Both the position numbers and the translations under genes were made by a program. A stretch of DNA of 64,000 bases from Schizochytrium sp. TIO01 (lineage: Eukaryota > Protista > Bigyra: Labyrinthulomycetes), in contig SMSO01000034.1 in NCBI GenBank assembly GCA_004764695.1, positions 2,108,001-2,172,000 on the forward strand, written 5' to 3'. Position 1 is the stretch's first letter. Each line of letters begins with the position of its first letter. The notes under the pieces are model-generated. The model made no database searches, was not told where the DNA came from, and was given only the letters and a program-made list of their open reading frames with translations. Positions 46,655-55,380 of the stretch are shown one piece after another.

Positions 46655-47293
46655 ATGATGCCGGCACATCGTCTTGGAGCGAACCAGCAGTATGCGCCAT
46701 TGTATGTGCACGGCGGCGTTGCACAAAACCCTGCTGCGCTTAATGTAACTACGACAGGCAAGAATGGCCCTGGGACGACACCGAAGCGTCGTGACCAACG
46801 TGGGCGTGACCCCAAGCGCCGTGAACGTAAATACGAGCGTGAGAAGCGTCGCCGCGATGTGGTTTCACATCAATTTGCAGAGATTTGCTCTCTTCTTGGT
46901 ATTGAAGTTGGTGCTGCAGATCGTACCTATGTGCTTGGCGAGCTGCTAGAGGCCATCAAAAAGAAGAATGCCATGCAGAAGAGCGCTTTGCAAGGAAGGA
47001 CTGTACCTGGCGCCATCAAGCAAGAGGAAGATCCTACTGCAGAATTTGATAACACAAGAGACGTGGAGGACAACCCTATTGAGCCACTGAAGCTCCAGCG
47101 GAGACGTGCCTCCAGCATTGGTGCTATTGCAGCTTCATCTTATGGACTTTCTGGACTTGCCCCCCTTCCTGTCAAAACGGAAAATGTTGGTAATAATATG
47201 ATGATGATGGGTAATGATGACACTTTGGCTCTTCTCGAGGAGCAGCTTAGTTTAACAGAAATGGGTGACAGCAACCTTTTTGACCTGGAATAG
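46655..47293 (+). CDS. Small bHLH-like transcription factor
   Basis: Basic region with ExxR (RKYEREKRRRD), helix 1 VVSHQFAEICSLL, loop, helix 2 DRTYVLGELLEAIK and an acidic C-terminus. First in-frame ATG at 46655. Confidence 0.75.
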   Translation: MMPAHRLGANQQYAPLYVHGGVAQNPAALNVTTTGKNGPGTTPKRRDQRGRDPKRRERKYEREKRRRDVVSHQFAEICSLLGIEVGAADRTYVLGELLEAIKKKNAMQKSALQGRTVPGAIKQEEDPTAEFDNTRDVEDNPIEPLKLQRRRASSIGAIAASSYGLSGLAPLPVKTENVGNNMMMMGNDDTLALLEEQLSLTEMGDSNLFDLE

Positions 47294-47728
47294 ACCATAG
47301 TATACACTCGTACCATTTGTTATTTTAAAAGCATTAGAAAATAAATTAGCTTCATGTATGTGCATAAGAAAGAAAATCTTGACATTAGATCCACCAATAC
47401 CCCGGAGTAGTGTGAATATCACACAAAGACTCTTTTTACTTCTTCTCTTGGAGACTAGAATTGCAATATTTCAATGCATAAATCTACACATGTCTCAAAT
47501 CCATTTCCAGTATCTGAAAACGCTTGACCAGACTCATTTTAAGCTCCAGCAAACCTTGATGACCTCTTATTTTACCAGAAGAGGGAAGGCAATTTTGAAA
47601 CTTTGCAGAATTCGATTATATATTTTATCTTCCATCTTTAATCTTAAAGAGAGAAGAGAAAGGGAAAACTAACATTATTGAATATGCTTCGACGGTTAGA
47701 TCATAGCACTAATGTAGCAGTCAAGGGT

Positions 47729-47772
47729 TCAAACAATCTTCGCATGAGAACGATTGAGATTGAGGCCGTCAT
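47729..47772 (-). promoter_or_regulatory. Candidate SECIS element in the msrB 3' UTR
   Basis: Minus strand reads AUGAC GG(CCU)CAAUCU CAA UCG UUCUCAUG CGA AGAUUG UU UGAA, giving an AUGA/GA core, a CAAUCU/AGAUUG helix, unpaired AA and an apical mini-stem. Lower helix II is weak and helix I is unclear. Confidence 0.3.
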
Positions 47773-48088
47773 TAGAAATGCCAGTGACTTCGGTAATATA
47801 ATATAGATAATACCATGGCAATGGTATTGAGCTATATGAAATATGAAAGTCGAATTGGATAATCTCGGGTCGGGCTTGCCCCTTCAAAAAGCTCCATGTG
47901 TAATTAATAATTCAGGTTCTTACTTCCAAAGTATCTGTCCTAAGCCTTAAATTTAACGTACAAAGACGGAAAACAGATAGCACTCAGTTATATTCATTTC
48001 GGTCAAGATTCTAATAACTGCTGATGAGTCACAGTGTTGTCCTTGACCTGGGCGGACATAGCCGCATAATAGTGGAAGCAGATGTCGA

Positions 48089-48730
48089 TTACCCTGTCGC
48101 TGCGGCATCCTGAGCTGAGGCACGGAATACCAGCGACAGGGACAAGACTCAGTGCCTCCACCGTGCATCAGGATGCAAGTCGCCTTTGGCCTTGCCATCT
48201 TCAAATGCATGGCCCATGAAGAGATCGCAGCCCTTGCAATAGAGTTCGAAGACCTCGCATTTGTAGCCATTATACCCTGGTGCCGCTACACGCTCCATGG
48301 CGTCATCAGATGCTTCTTTTCTAAATGAAGGCCAAACGCAGGGTCCTCTAAACTTATCTTTTGACGAGTACATCAACCTCTGACACTGAGCACAGTGATA
48401 AGTTCCCGTTCGCCACAAGTTACGCATTCCTTCGTGAGAGACAACGTCAGAGACCATTTCCATGTCATCCTCGATAGTCTTCGTAAGAGGCCTAGCACTG
48501 ATACGAAAGTAATTGCGTCGATTCTCAAACGTGACCTCTTCATAAAGGGCGAACTTTTTGGACTTTTCTAAAAGGGCCAAACTCAAGTTGCTTGAGTTAG
48601 CCCAAGTTTGTGCCCCGGTTCGGAGCTGATGGCTAAAAACGCCGTTCACAGCAGCCTCTGACGCGGAGTCACGTCGCCGACGCTTGGGGGAAACCTCCCC
48701 GTCGACTATGGTCTCCGCATCGCGACGCAT
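48089..48730 (-). CDS. msrB: Methionine-R-sulfoxide reductase B, probable selenoprotein (Sec = TGA at 48151..48149)
   Basis: GTYHCAQC...YSSKDKF...WPSF...CKGCDLFMGHAFEDG. Reading through the TGA gives RH-U-VLSLSLVF, matching MsrB1 RFUIFSSSLKF. Next in-frame stop is TAA at 48091..48089; first in-frame ATG at 48730. Confidence 0.9.
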
Positions 48731-49463
48731 TGCGTCTCGCCAGCGGAGAACCGCGATGCACGAACTGGTTCGTTCGTGCGTCAATGCGGGTTTGTTTCAT
48801 CCTCCCCGGCAAAAAGAAAATTTTAAAAAGTTGGCCATGAAATAATATACATAGGGGGGGGGGGGAAATGTTCGAAAATCTCACACGAATTTTCCCGGTA
48901 ATTTATTAGAAGGTGGTTTTACAAGCTTTAACTATCATACTTGCAAATGATCATCGTGACGACACTTTGATGACAATACCATGACTAAGATCATCTATAT
49001 TAGTCTCAAGATTGACATTAAGAAATGATCCAGAGCTTTGGTAGAAATTTGCAGCAGTATTTCTTTCTGGTAAAATTGTGTTAAAGGAAACTGGTATGTT
49101 CTCCCTGCAAAACAAACAGCCAACTTTGATCACATCCATTAAAATTTGATTTATAGTCTCCTAAGGTCTACTCTTCATCTCTTTCTTTGAGACTTCTTCT
49201 TGCAAAAGACCTCAAACAAGCAATTAGTTTGCGCTGTAAAAAGATAGTTCAACTTGCCGCCCAAAGTCTAGGAATTGAACATATATTCCCCACATTCCCG
49301 TGCTTTTCGTTGGATAAAATCGAACAATTTTCAAAATGAGAAAAAGATGCGATCACAATAACACAATTTTTAGTTGAAATAATCATACGAAATTTGCATG
49401 AGCTTGCGGCATCTCGATCGATTCGAATCACTCGCAAAGCCCGTTCGAGGTGCCCGCGCTGCG

Positions 49464-52400
49464 ATGATCAGGCCTCGTGGCGGCCTTGCGGCAGCCAACG
49501 CGGCGGCACGAAGACGCCAGCTCGAACGTCAGCGCGAGCAGCAACAGCTCCGAGAAGCCCGAGCTAATGCCTCTGGTGCCACGACGGCCGACAACGAGAA
49601 CTTGGAAAGCCTCCAAAACAAGACCAAGAACGGCAAGAACAATAATTTTGGTGACAGATCTGGTGACAATGACGACGATAGCAGCAGCAGTAGCAGCAGC
49701 AGCTCTGAAGATAGTGACTCCGAAGACTCTAGTGAGAGCTCAAGTTCTTCTGGGTCGGGATCTCGTTCAGAAGATGGGTCTTCTGGGTCTGACGACGATG
49801 ATGATGCAGAATTAGGTCGCAAATCTCGTGGTTTGGCTAGGCGTAGACCAAACGTAGCTCAAAATACGGAATCTTCAGGTGGTAATGGGGATAAAAGCTC
49901 ACGGCGAAAGGAAAAAAATGCAAAGTCAAAGTATCCGCTCACCATTGCAGGTGTCATGAGTCAGGTTCGAGAGGTTGTAGATATTCTACGAGACGACCAT
50001 GGTAAGAAATCTAGTAAACGTAAACGAGCGAAAATTATTCGCAAATCTCTGATTGCAGCGGCGGCATTTGTGATGTTGCTTGGAATTCTCCAACTTGCAC
50101 TGTACGTGAAAGTCATTGCCTTTTCGGATGACTCGGATTCCGCAGCAGCAGCGCTCTCGGACGAGGAGCGGCTTTACCGACGGCTGAATGCGAATCATGG
50201 ACCAGCATCGTGGACACTTAGGCCTGACCGCGAGCGGCGTGCGATGTCAAGCAAAGAAGTGGCCGAGTCACTGGAGCGCTTTGGCGTCCCCCCTACAGAG
50301 AAGAACCCTAAGCTACACATTGCACGACAAATTACAAACCCAGAAGTCCAGACGAAGACAAATAAACGTACTTTTGGATGCCTCCGCGACGAGTGCCGCG
50401 GTCTTGCCCTTGAAGACTTGACCAACCGAAAATGGAAAATGATGTACAAGAATGCCAAGATTGTTGGCCCAAATAACTCTACCATGTTCCGAGACAATTT
50501 GAATGTGAGACTGACCTGGCTTGAGTCCGATACCACCGAGCTCACAAAGTTGAAAAAGGAGCGCCCTGAGACTTTTGAGCAGGCTTATACAAATCAAATT
50601 GGTAAAACTTATCTAAGTGTTCTCGATGGTGCCGATGCTATCGGTGGTAACAAAGGTCAACAGCTCCGCGGAAAGCAAGCATTTGTTCGGAGGCGAAGCT
50701 TGACTGCTCACATTCCAGGTATGCTTCCTTCCGGAGATTCCTCTGCAAACTCTGACGACTGGTCTGGAGGTGATGACGACGATGACAGCGATGATGAAGA
50801 AGGCGCTGCTGCTAAGAAGAAGCGACGCAAGAGCAAGCGCAAAGCGAGTGCTCCAATCCATATTGAAGGCTTTCCTGATCACGAGTGTACCTACAATGAC
50901 TTGAGTCTACAACCCGCGCAGTACCGTTTGTATTTTAAGGAAGAGTGTGAAGCTTTTCTTCGCAATGATGGTAATGGTAAATCATTCCTTCTCAAGCCCG
51001 AGACAGGATCGCAAGGAAAGGGCATTACGTTCCATGCTGGTGTACAGTCGGTGAAAAAGAAGGCACCAAAGTTCTTTCCCTGTAAGCACAACCCATCAAT
51101 GTCTGCACTTGAGCGTGTACTTGTCCAAGAGTACATTGCTAAGCCACTTTTGCTGGAGAAGTGCAAATTCGACTTGCGGGTCTATATGCTCATTGCCAGC
51201 TCCGATCCTTGGATGGTCTTTTACCACGAAGGGTACTTGCGTCGATCTTTGTTCGAATACAGTGCATCTTCACGAAACCGTGCAGTTTACTTGACAAATA
51301 CCCATTATCAAAGTTTGAAGCCTGGCTTCAAGTTAAGTGAGCACATTTGGACTTTTGAGCGTCTACAGTCATATTTGACGACAAATGCGCGTGCTGGTGG
51401 CCATTACGTGGATAGTGTTCTTGACCCGTACATTAAGCGTGCGGCCAACTTTGTCTTTCAAAGTGCACGACAAAAGCTACAGCGCCGTAAGGGGTCATTC
51501 CACATTTTTGGCCTGGATTTTATGATTGATGATAACTTCAAAGTGCACTTTATTGAGGCCAATGGATATCCTGGCTACACGTGGAGTATCAACTTTGACA
51601 CGCGTAGCTTCGTGGCGGAACAGTTTAACTTGGTCATGGAGCTTCATGAACACCCTACAGTCTTTGAGAAGATGCGTGCTGGTGATCGGTACGGTCACTT
51701 TGAGCTCATTTTCAGCGAGCTGGAGGAAGCTGAAACAAAGAAGGTGTACGATCCTTGCTATGAGTTCTTCAACAACGATAGGGCTTTTAAGGTTCTTGGT
51801 CCTGCAATGCAACGCTTTGCCAAGTACACTGGCTTTGCTGCTAGCAAAGCGCTTCTTGGTGGTGGCGCTGCAGAGGATCTGTCTTGTCAAACAAAGAAAT
51901 GCAAAGCCAAGCGTCGCGAGGCCCGTGTAGAGGCAGCGAAGGCTCGCCATGCTGCAGAGCGCATGTTCGAAGGCTACATCGATGACATTGGTGGCGCAGA
52001 GCTAATTGGCGGACTGAAAACTGATCAAATCTCTACTTTGGCGCGGTACGCGAGACAACACGGTTGCGTCTTGAATAAAATGTTTCTCATGCCAGCAACT
52101 TACCGCATGTACATGAACGATGAGTGTTCAAACGTGGTCAAGTACCGTACCGCGTCAGCATGGCTGGCTAAGCCTATGGATGGTACGCATGGAAGCGGGT
52201 TCGAATACTTTAGTCACCAACGTGGTTTAGAGCGTCGTTTTCGTGGCTGTGAAGGTGGTAAATCAAAGAATACTCTCAAATACGATGACCCAGCGGATGC
52301 CAAAAATCATCAAAAGGCAGCAATGGGTTCTCCATCTGACCTGCAATTTATCGTGCAAAAGTATGTTGGAAACCGTCTACTGGTTCGCAAACGTGCTTGG

Positions 52401-53345
52401 GACATTCGGGCCTATATGCTCATTGCTTGTACCGAACCATTCTTTGTGTTCTACCATGATGGATATGTCCGTACTACGGAATTGCGTGGTGACGAAGATG
52501 ATCCTGATGATGATACACGGCGTCGATTTATTTTGGGAAAAACTGAGCTGACCTTTGATGATTTCCAAATTCTCCTGTCTCAAGAGGCTAAGACCGGGGA
52601 CCATTTTATGACCTCTGCTTTCGAGACGTACGCTAAGCAGGTGATGCGTTTGCTCTTTCATGCAGTGCGCCCTTCATTAACACGGAGGCAAAAGTCATAC
52701 CAGGTCTTAGAATTGACATTTGCTCTTGACGATGCATACACTTTCTGGTATATTGGTGCAAATAATAGCCCTCAATTGTCGCGCTCCAAAAAGGTTCTTG
52801 ACAATGTAATCATGCCAATGCAGGATGAGTTGAAATCTGTAGTTCTGGAAACATCGGACTCCCCTGAAGCTTTGGCAGGTATGCGTTTTGGTGATCGCTA
52901 TGGTGATTTCCGCCTCGTTTACAGCGAGTACGAGGATGATGTGCGAAACACAACCTTTAACCCTTGCGAAGAATTTCGCAGTAAATGGTCTTTGGCCAAG
53001 TCTGCTGTTTTAGCTACTGCAAAGGTTCACGATTACAAGACTCGTGTGGAGAGTGCGAACTCTAGAGAGCTTGGCAAGTACACGCGTGCAGCTTGGCAAA
53101 AGTGCCGTGTCAAGGGCAAGGTAGAGACGTGTATGCAATCTGACTACGTGCGGAAGAAGTTGCGTGAGCAATACGAAATTTACCTTGACAAGTCCTCTGT
53201 TGGAATGAGTACAGATAAGGACGAGGAAGCCGAAGCTGCCCAGAAGCGCGAGGAACTGATACAGGCTTACATAGAAGACCGTATCAACCAATTTGCTGGT
53301 ATTGTGCCGTCTCCTGGAGGCAGTAGCTCCGAAGAGTCACGCTAG
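49464..53345 (+). CDS. Single-pass membrane protein with two tubulin-tyrosine-ligase-like (ATP-grasp) domains
   Basis: Domain 1: LLKPETGSQGKGI, VQEYIAKPLLLEKCKFDLRVY, YLTN, FGLDFMID...FIEANGYP. Domain 2: WLAKP, VQKYVGNRLLVRKRAWDIRAY. TM segment SLIAAAAFVMLLGILQLALYVKVIAF. Start could be 49398 or 49464. Confidence 0.9.
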   Translation: MIRPRGGLAAANAAARRRQLERQREQQQLREARANASGATTADNENLESLQNKTKNGKNNNFGDRSGDNDDDSSSSSSSSSEDSDSEDSSESSSSSGSGSRSEDGSSGSDDDDDAELGRKSRGLARRRPNVAQNTESSGGNGDKSSRRKEKNAKSKYPLTIAGVMSQVREVVDILRDDHGKKSSKRKRAKIIRKSLIAAAAFVMLLGILQLALYVKVIAFSDDSDSAAAALSDEERLYRRLNANHGPASWTLRPDRERRAMSSKEVAESLERFGVPPTEKNPKLHIARQITNPEVQTKTNKRTFGCLRDECRGLALEDLTNRKWKMMYKNAKIVGPNNSTMFRDNLNVRLTWLESDTTELTKLKKERPETFEQAYTNQIGKTYLSVLDGADAIGGNKGQQLRGKQAFVRRRSLTAHIPGMLPSGDSSANSDDWSGGDDDDDSDDEEGAAAKKKRRKSKRKASAPIHIEGFPDHECTYNDLSLQPAQYRLYFKEECEAFLRNDGNGKSFLLKPETGSQGKGITFHAGVQSVKKKAPKFFPCKHNPSMSALERVLVQEYIAKPLLLEKCKFDLRVYMLIASSDPWMVFYHEGYLRRSLFEYSASSRNRAVYLTNTHYQSLKPGFKLSEHIWTFERLQSYLTTNARAGGHYVDSVLDPYIKRAANFVFQSARQKLQRRKGSFHIFGLDFMIDDNFKVHFIEANGYPGYTWSINFDTRSFVAEQFNLVMELHEHPTVFEKMRAGDRYGHFELIFSELEEAETKKVYDPCYEFFNNDRAFKVLGPAMQRFAKYTGFAASKALLGGGAAEDLSCQTKKCKAKRREARVEAAKARHAAERMFEGYIDDIGGAELIGGLKTDQISTLARYARQHGCVLNKMFLMPATYRMYMNDECSNVVKYRTASAWLAKPMDGTHGSGFEYFSHQRGLERRFRGCEGGKSKNTLKYDDPADAKNHQKAAMGSPSDLQFIVQKYVGNRLLVRKRAWDIRAYMLIACTEPFFVFYHDGYVRTTELRGDEDDPDDDTRRRFILGKTELTFDDFQILLSQEAKTGDHFMTSAFETYAKQVMRLLFHAVRPSLTRRQKSYQVLELTFALDDAYTFWYIGANNSPQLSRSKKVLDNVIMPMQDELKSVVLETSDSPEALAGMRFGDRYGDFRLVYSEYEDDVRNTTFNPCEEFRSKWSLAKSAVLATAKVHDYKTRVESANSRELGKYTRAAWQKCRVKGKVETCMQSDYVRKKLREQYEIYLDKSSVGMSTDKDEEAEAAQKREELIQAYIEDRINQFAGIVPSPGGSSSEESR

Positions 53346-54357
53346 TCGGATTCTTGCGAGCTCTTGCAAACTGAGCAGTGATTATCATCTCTTGCCTGAT
53401 ATTGGATTGACTCTACCATTTAAAGCTGATGAGATGTGTGTGATAGAAAGTGTTTGCTGTCACAAATTCATCATAATAATACACATAACTTTTAATTGAA
53501 AACGCATGTGCTTCTTTTTGCTGCAGCGTATAACAAGATTTCTTTTTACTCCACCTCTTTTTCCCTTCTCTATTCGTTTTCTAATGCATGTAAGAGCAAA
53601 GGAAGCAAACCTCTTTGGCTTTGGCACATCAAAAGCCGTTCGGCATCTTCTTTCTCCGTTTGCTGCTTGGTAAAACTTGGCTTTTCGTGGTCGACCACAT
53701 CATGGACCTTTTTGGCGAAAAGGGTCTACTCGAAACCTAAAAACACACACAAGTTTCAGTCACAGTGGTCCATGAGATGATCACAACATAGATGGGACAT
53801 AAAAAAGGAACTTTTTTCGTGCTTTGTTTTGTCCCCAATCAAGCAATTCTCGAGTTTAGTTGGTTCGCTTTCCTCGTTTTTTCTTTTTCTGAAGTTCAAA
53901 TTTTGAACAGTGCCATCAAAGGTTCGCTTTTGTGAAAGCTTTGTAGCTGGACAGCACTTGTGGTAGAAGTCATTTCTGTCTGACTATTCTATGATGTACC
54001 AGAAAAAATAACCAAGATCCATGATCTTGAGGAATGAATGAGAGACGCTAATGCTGTAAATAGAATAAGACACAGATGAAACATATGGTTGATCGATTTG
54101 TTCGAAATATATGAGCTATGGTATGGGATCAAAAAGTAGGAACATAGAAACACTGATCTTGAGTAGTACAAGATCAAGTCCATCAAAGTATGACATGATA
54201 TGGGAATCAAATCATCAGGAAATCGGGAAGAAAAGAACACAGAAATTGCAGAACCGAGAACTGGCAAGCGTTGAGCGCCAAACGGGGAAGCTGCACTTGC
54301 AAAACAAAAAGGAGAAAAGAAGAAAGAACCAACTCAGGGACAAAACAAAGGACTCGC

Positions 54358-55380
54358 TTATACTGCGCACACAGTGAGCAGGGAGTTCTTAAGACGGCCC
54401 CAAGGCGAGGCCTCGGTGCGAGGTGAAAGTGGCGCATCGAGGGACCCTAAAAGTTGGCGCTCCTTGTCCGTAAGCAGAGCAGAATCACCGAAGATACGGA
54501 GAGTCTTGGGTCGTACATTTTTGCGCATGTTTTCGGTGACAACCTGCTGGGACATGACTTCGAGACGGTCATCACCAAAGAATCGCAGAGCCTTCTCAGG
54601 AACTTGATGGTCCGATGATGTCTCGGGCAGCTGTAGCTGCTGATTTGTTGGGCGTGACTGGAGCACAGCCTTGATCTTGCGTCGAATATCAAGCTTGCGT
54701 CGCTCCTCCTCAAGCTGTTCCTCGCGAATTTGGGCACGTCGCTGCTTACTGCACATGTCGGGGCCGCAGCGATTCTGAGCTTTCGGGCTCACGAGCGCAG
54801 GGTGTCCAAGGAGCTGGAACACCTTGGGGAAACTTTTGACACTCTTGCGGTCGCTGTCAGTAACCACAGCGCAAGATGCCTGTGAAAGGCCTTCGTCTCC
54901 AAGAATCTGCAAAGCCTTGGCGCTCACGCGGCGGTCGGCACGCGGCAGGGCAAGCTGCTCTGGAGTGGGTTTCGCGTGTGTGATCTCCTGAAGTGCTCTG
55001 CGCTGTTCCTGTTCCCTGCGACGCTCCGTCTGCAGCATTGCTCGGCGAGTGGTTTTGGGAATGGCATCGTCCATGCCAAGCACGCGCCGTGCTTTATCCG
55101 GGATGTACTCTTTGCCAGTGCTGCTGTTGCGCTCTGCACTCATGCGCCGGCGCTTAGCCTGTGCTGCATTGGGCACGATGCGCTTGATCAGCTTGCCTGC
55201 TGCGAGGTTGTTGTTTCCTGATGCCTTAACAGCGACTCCGATATCTTCGAGCTCGACTTCACTTTTGAAGTGGTCACCGTCCTCCGCAAATGCCAAGGCT
55301 ACCACAATGTCTTCGTCAGCCTCAGACTTCTGCTTGGTCATATCCACCTTGACGCCATCCTGAGGAACCTCGGGCATCAT
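54358..55380 (-). CDS. Uncharacterised 340-aa protein with an internal ~95-aa duplication and RPEL-like motifs
   Basis: ATG-initiated ORF. RRALQEITHAKPTPEQL...KALQILGD...VVTDSDRKSV aligns with RRKIKAVLQSRPTNQQL...KALRFFGD...VVTENMRKNV. Confidence 0.8.
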   Translation of the reverse strand: MMPEVPQDGVKVDMTKQKSEADEDIVVALAFAEDGDHFKSEVELEDIGVAVKASGNNNLAAGKLIKRIVPNAAQAKRRRMSAERNSSTGKEYIPDKARRVLGMDDAIPKTTRRAMLQTERRREQEQRRALQEITHAKPTPEQLALPRADRRVSAKALQILGDEGLSQASCAVVTDSDRKSVKSFPKVFQLLGHPALVSPKAQNRCGPDMCSKQRRAQIREEQLEEERRKLDIRRKIKAVLQSRPTNQQLQLPETSSDHQVPEKALRFFGDDRLEVMSQQVVTENMRKNVRPKTLRIFGDSALLTDKERQLLGSLDAPLSPRTEASPWGRLKNSLLTVCAV

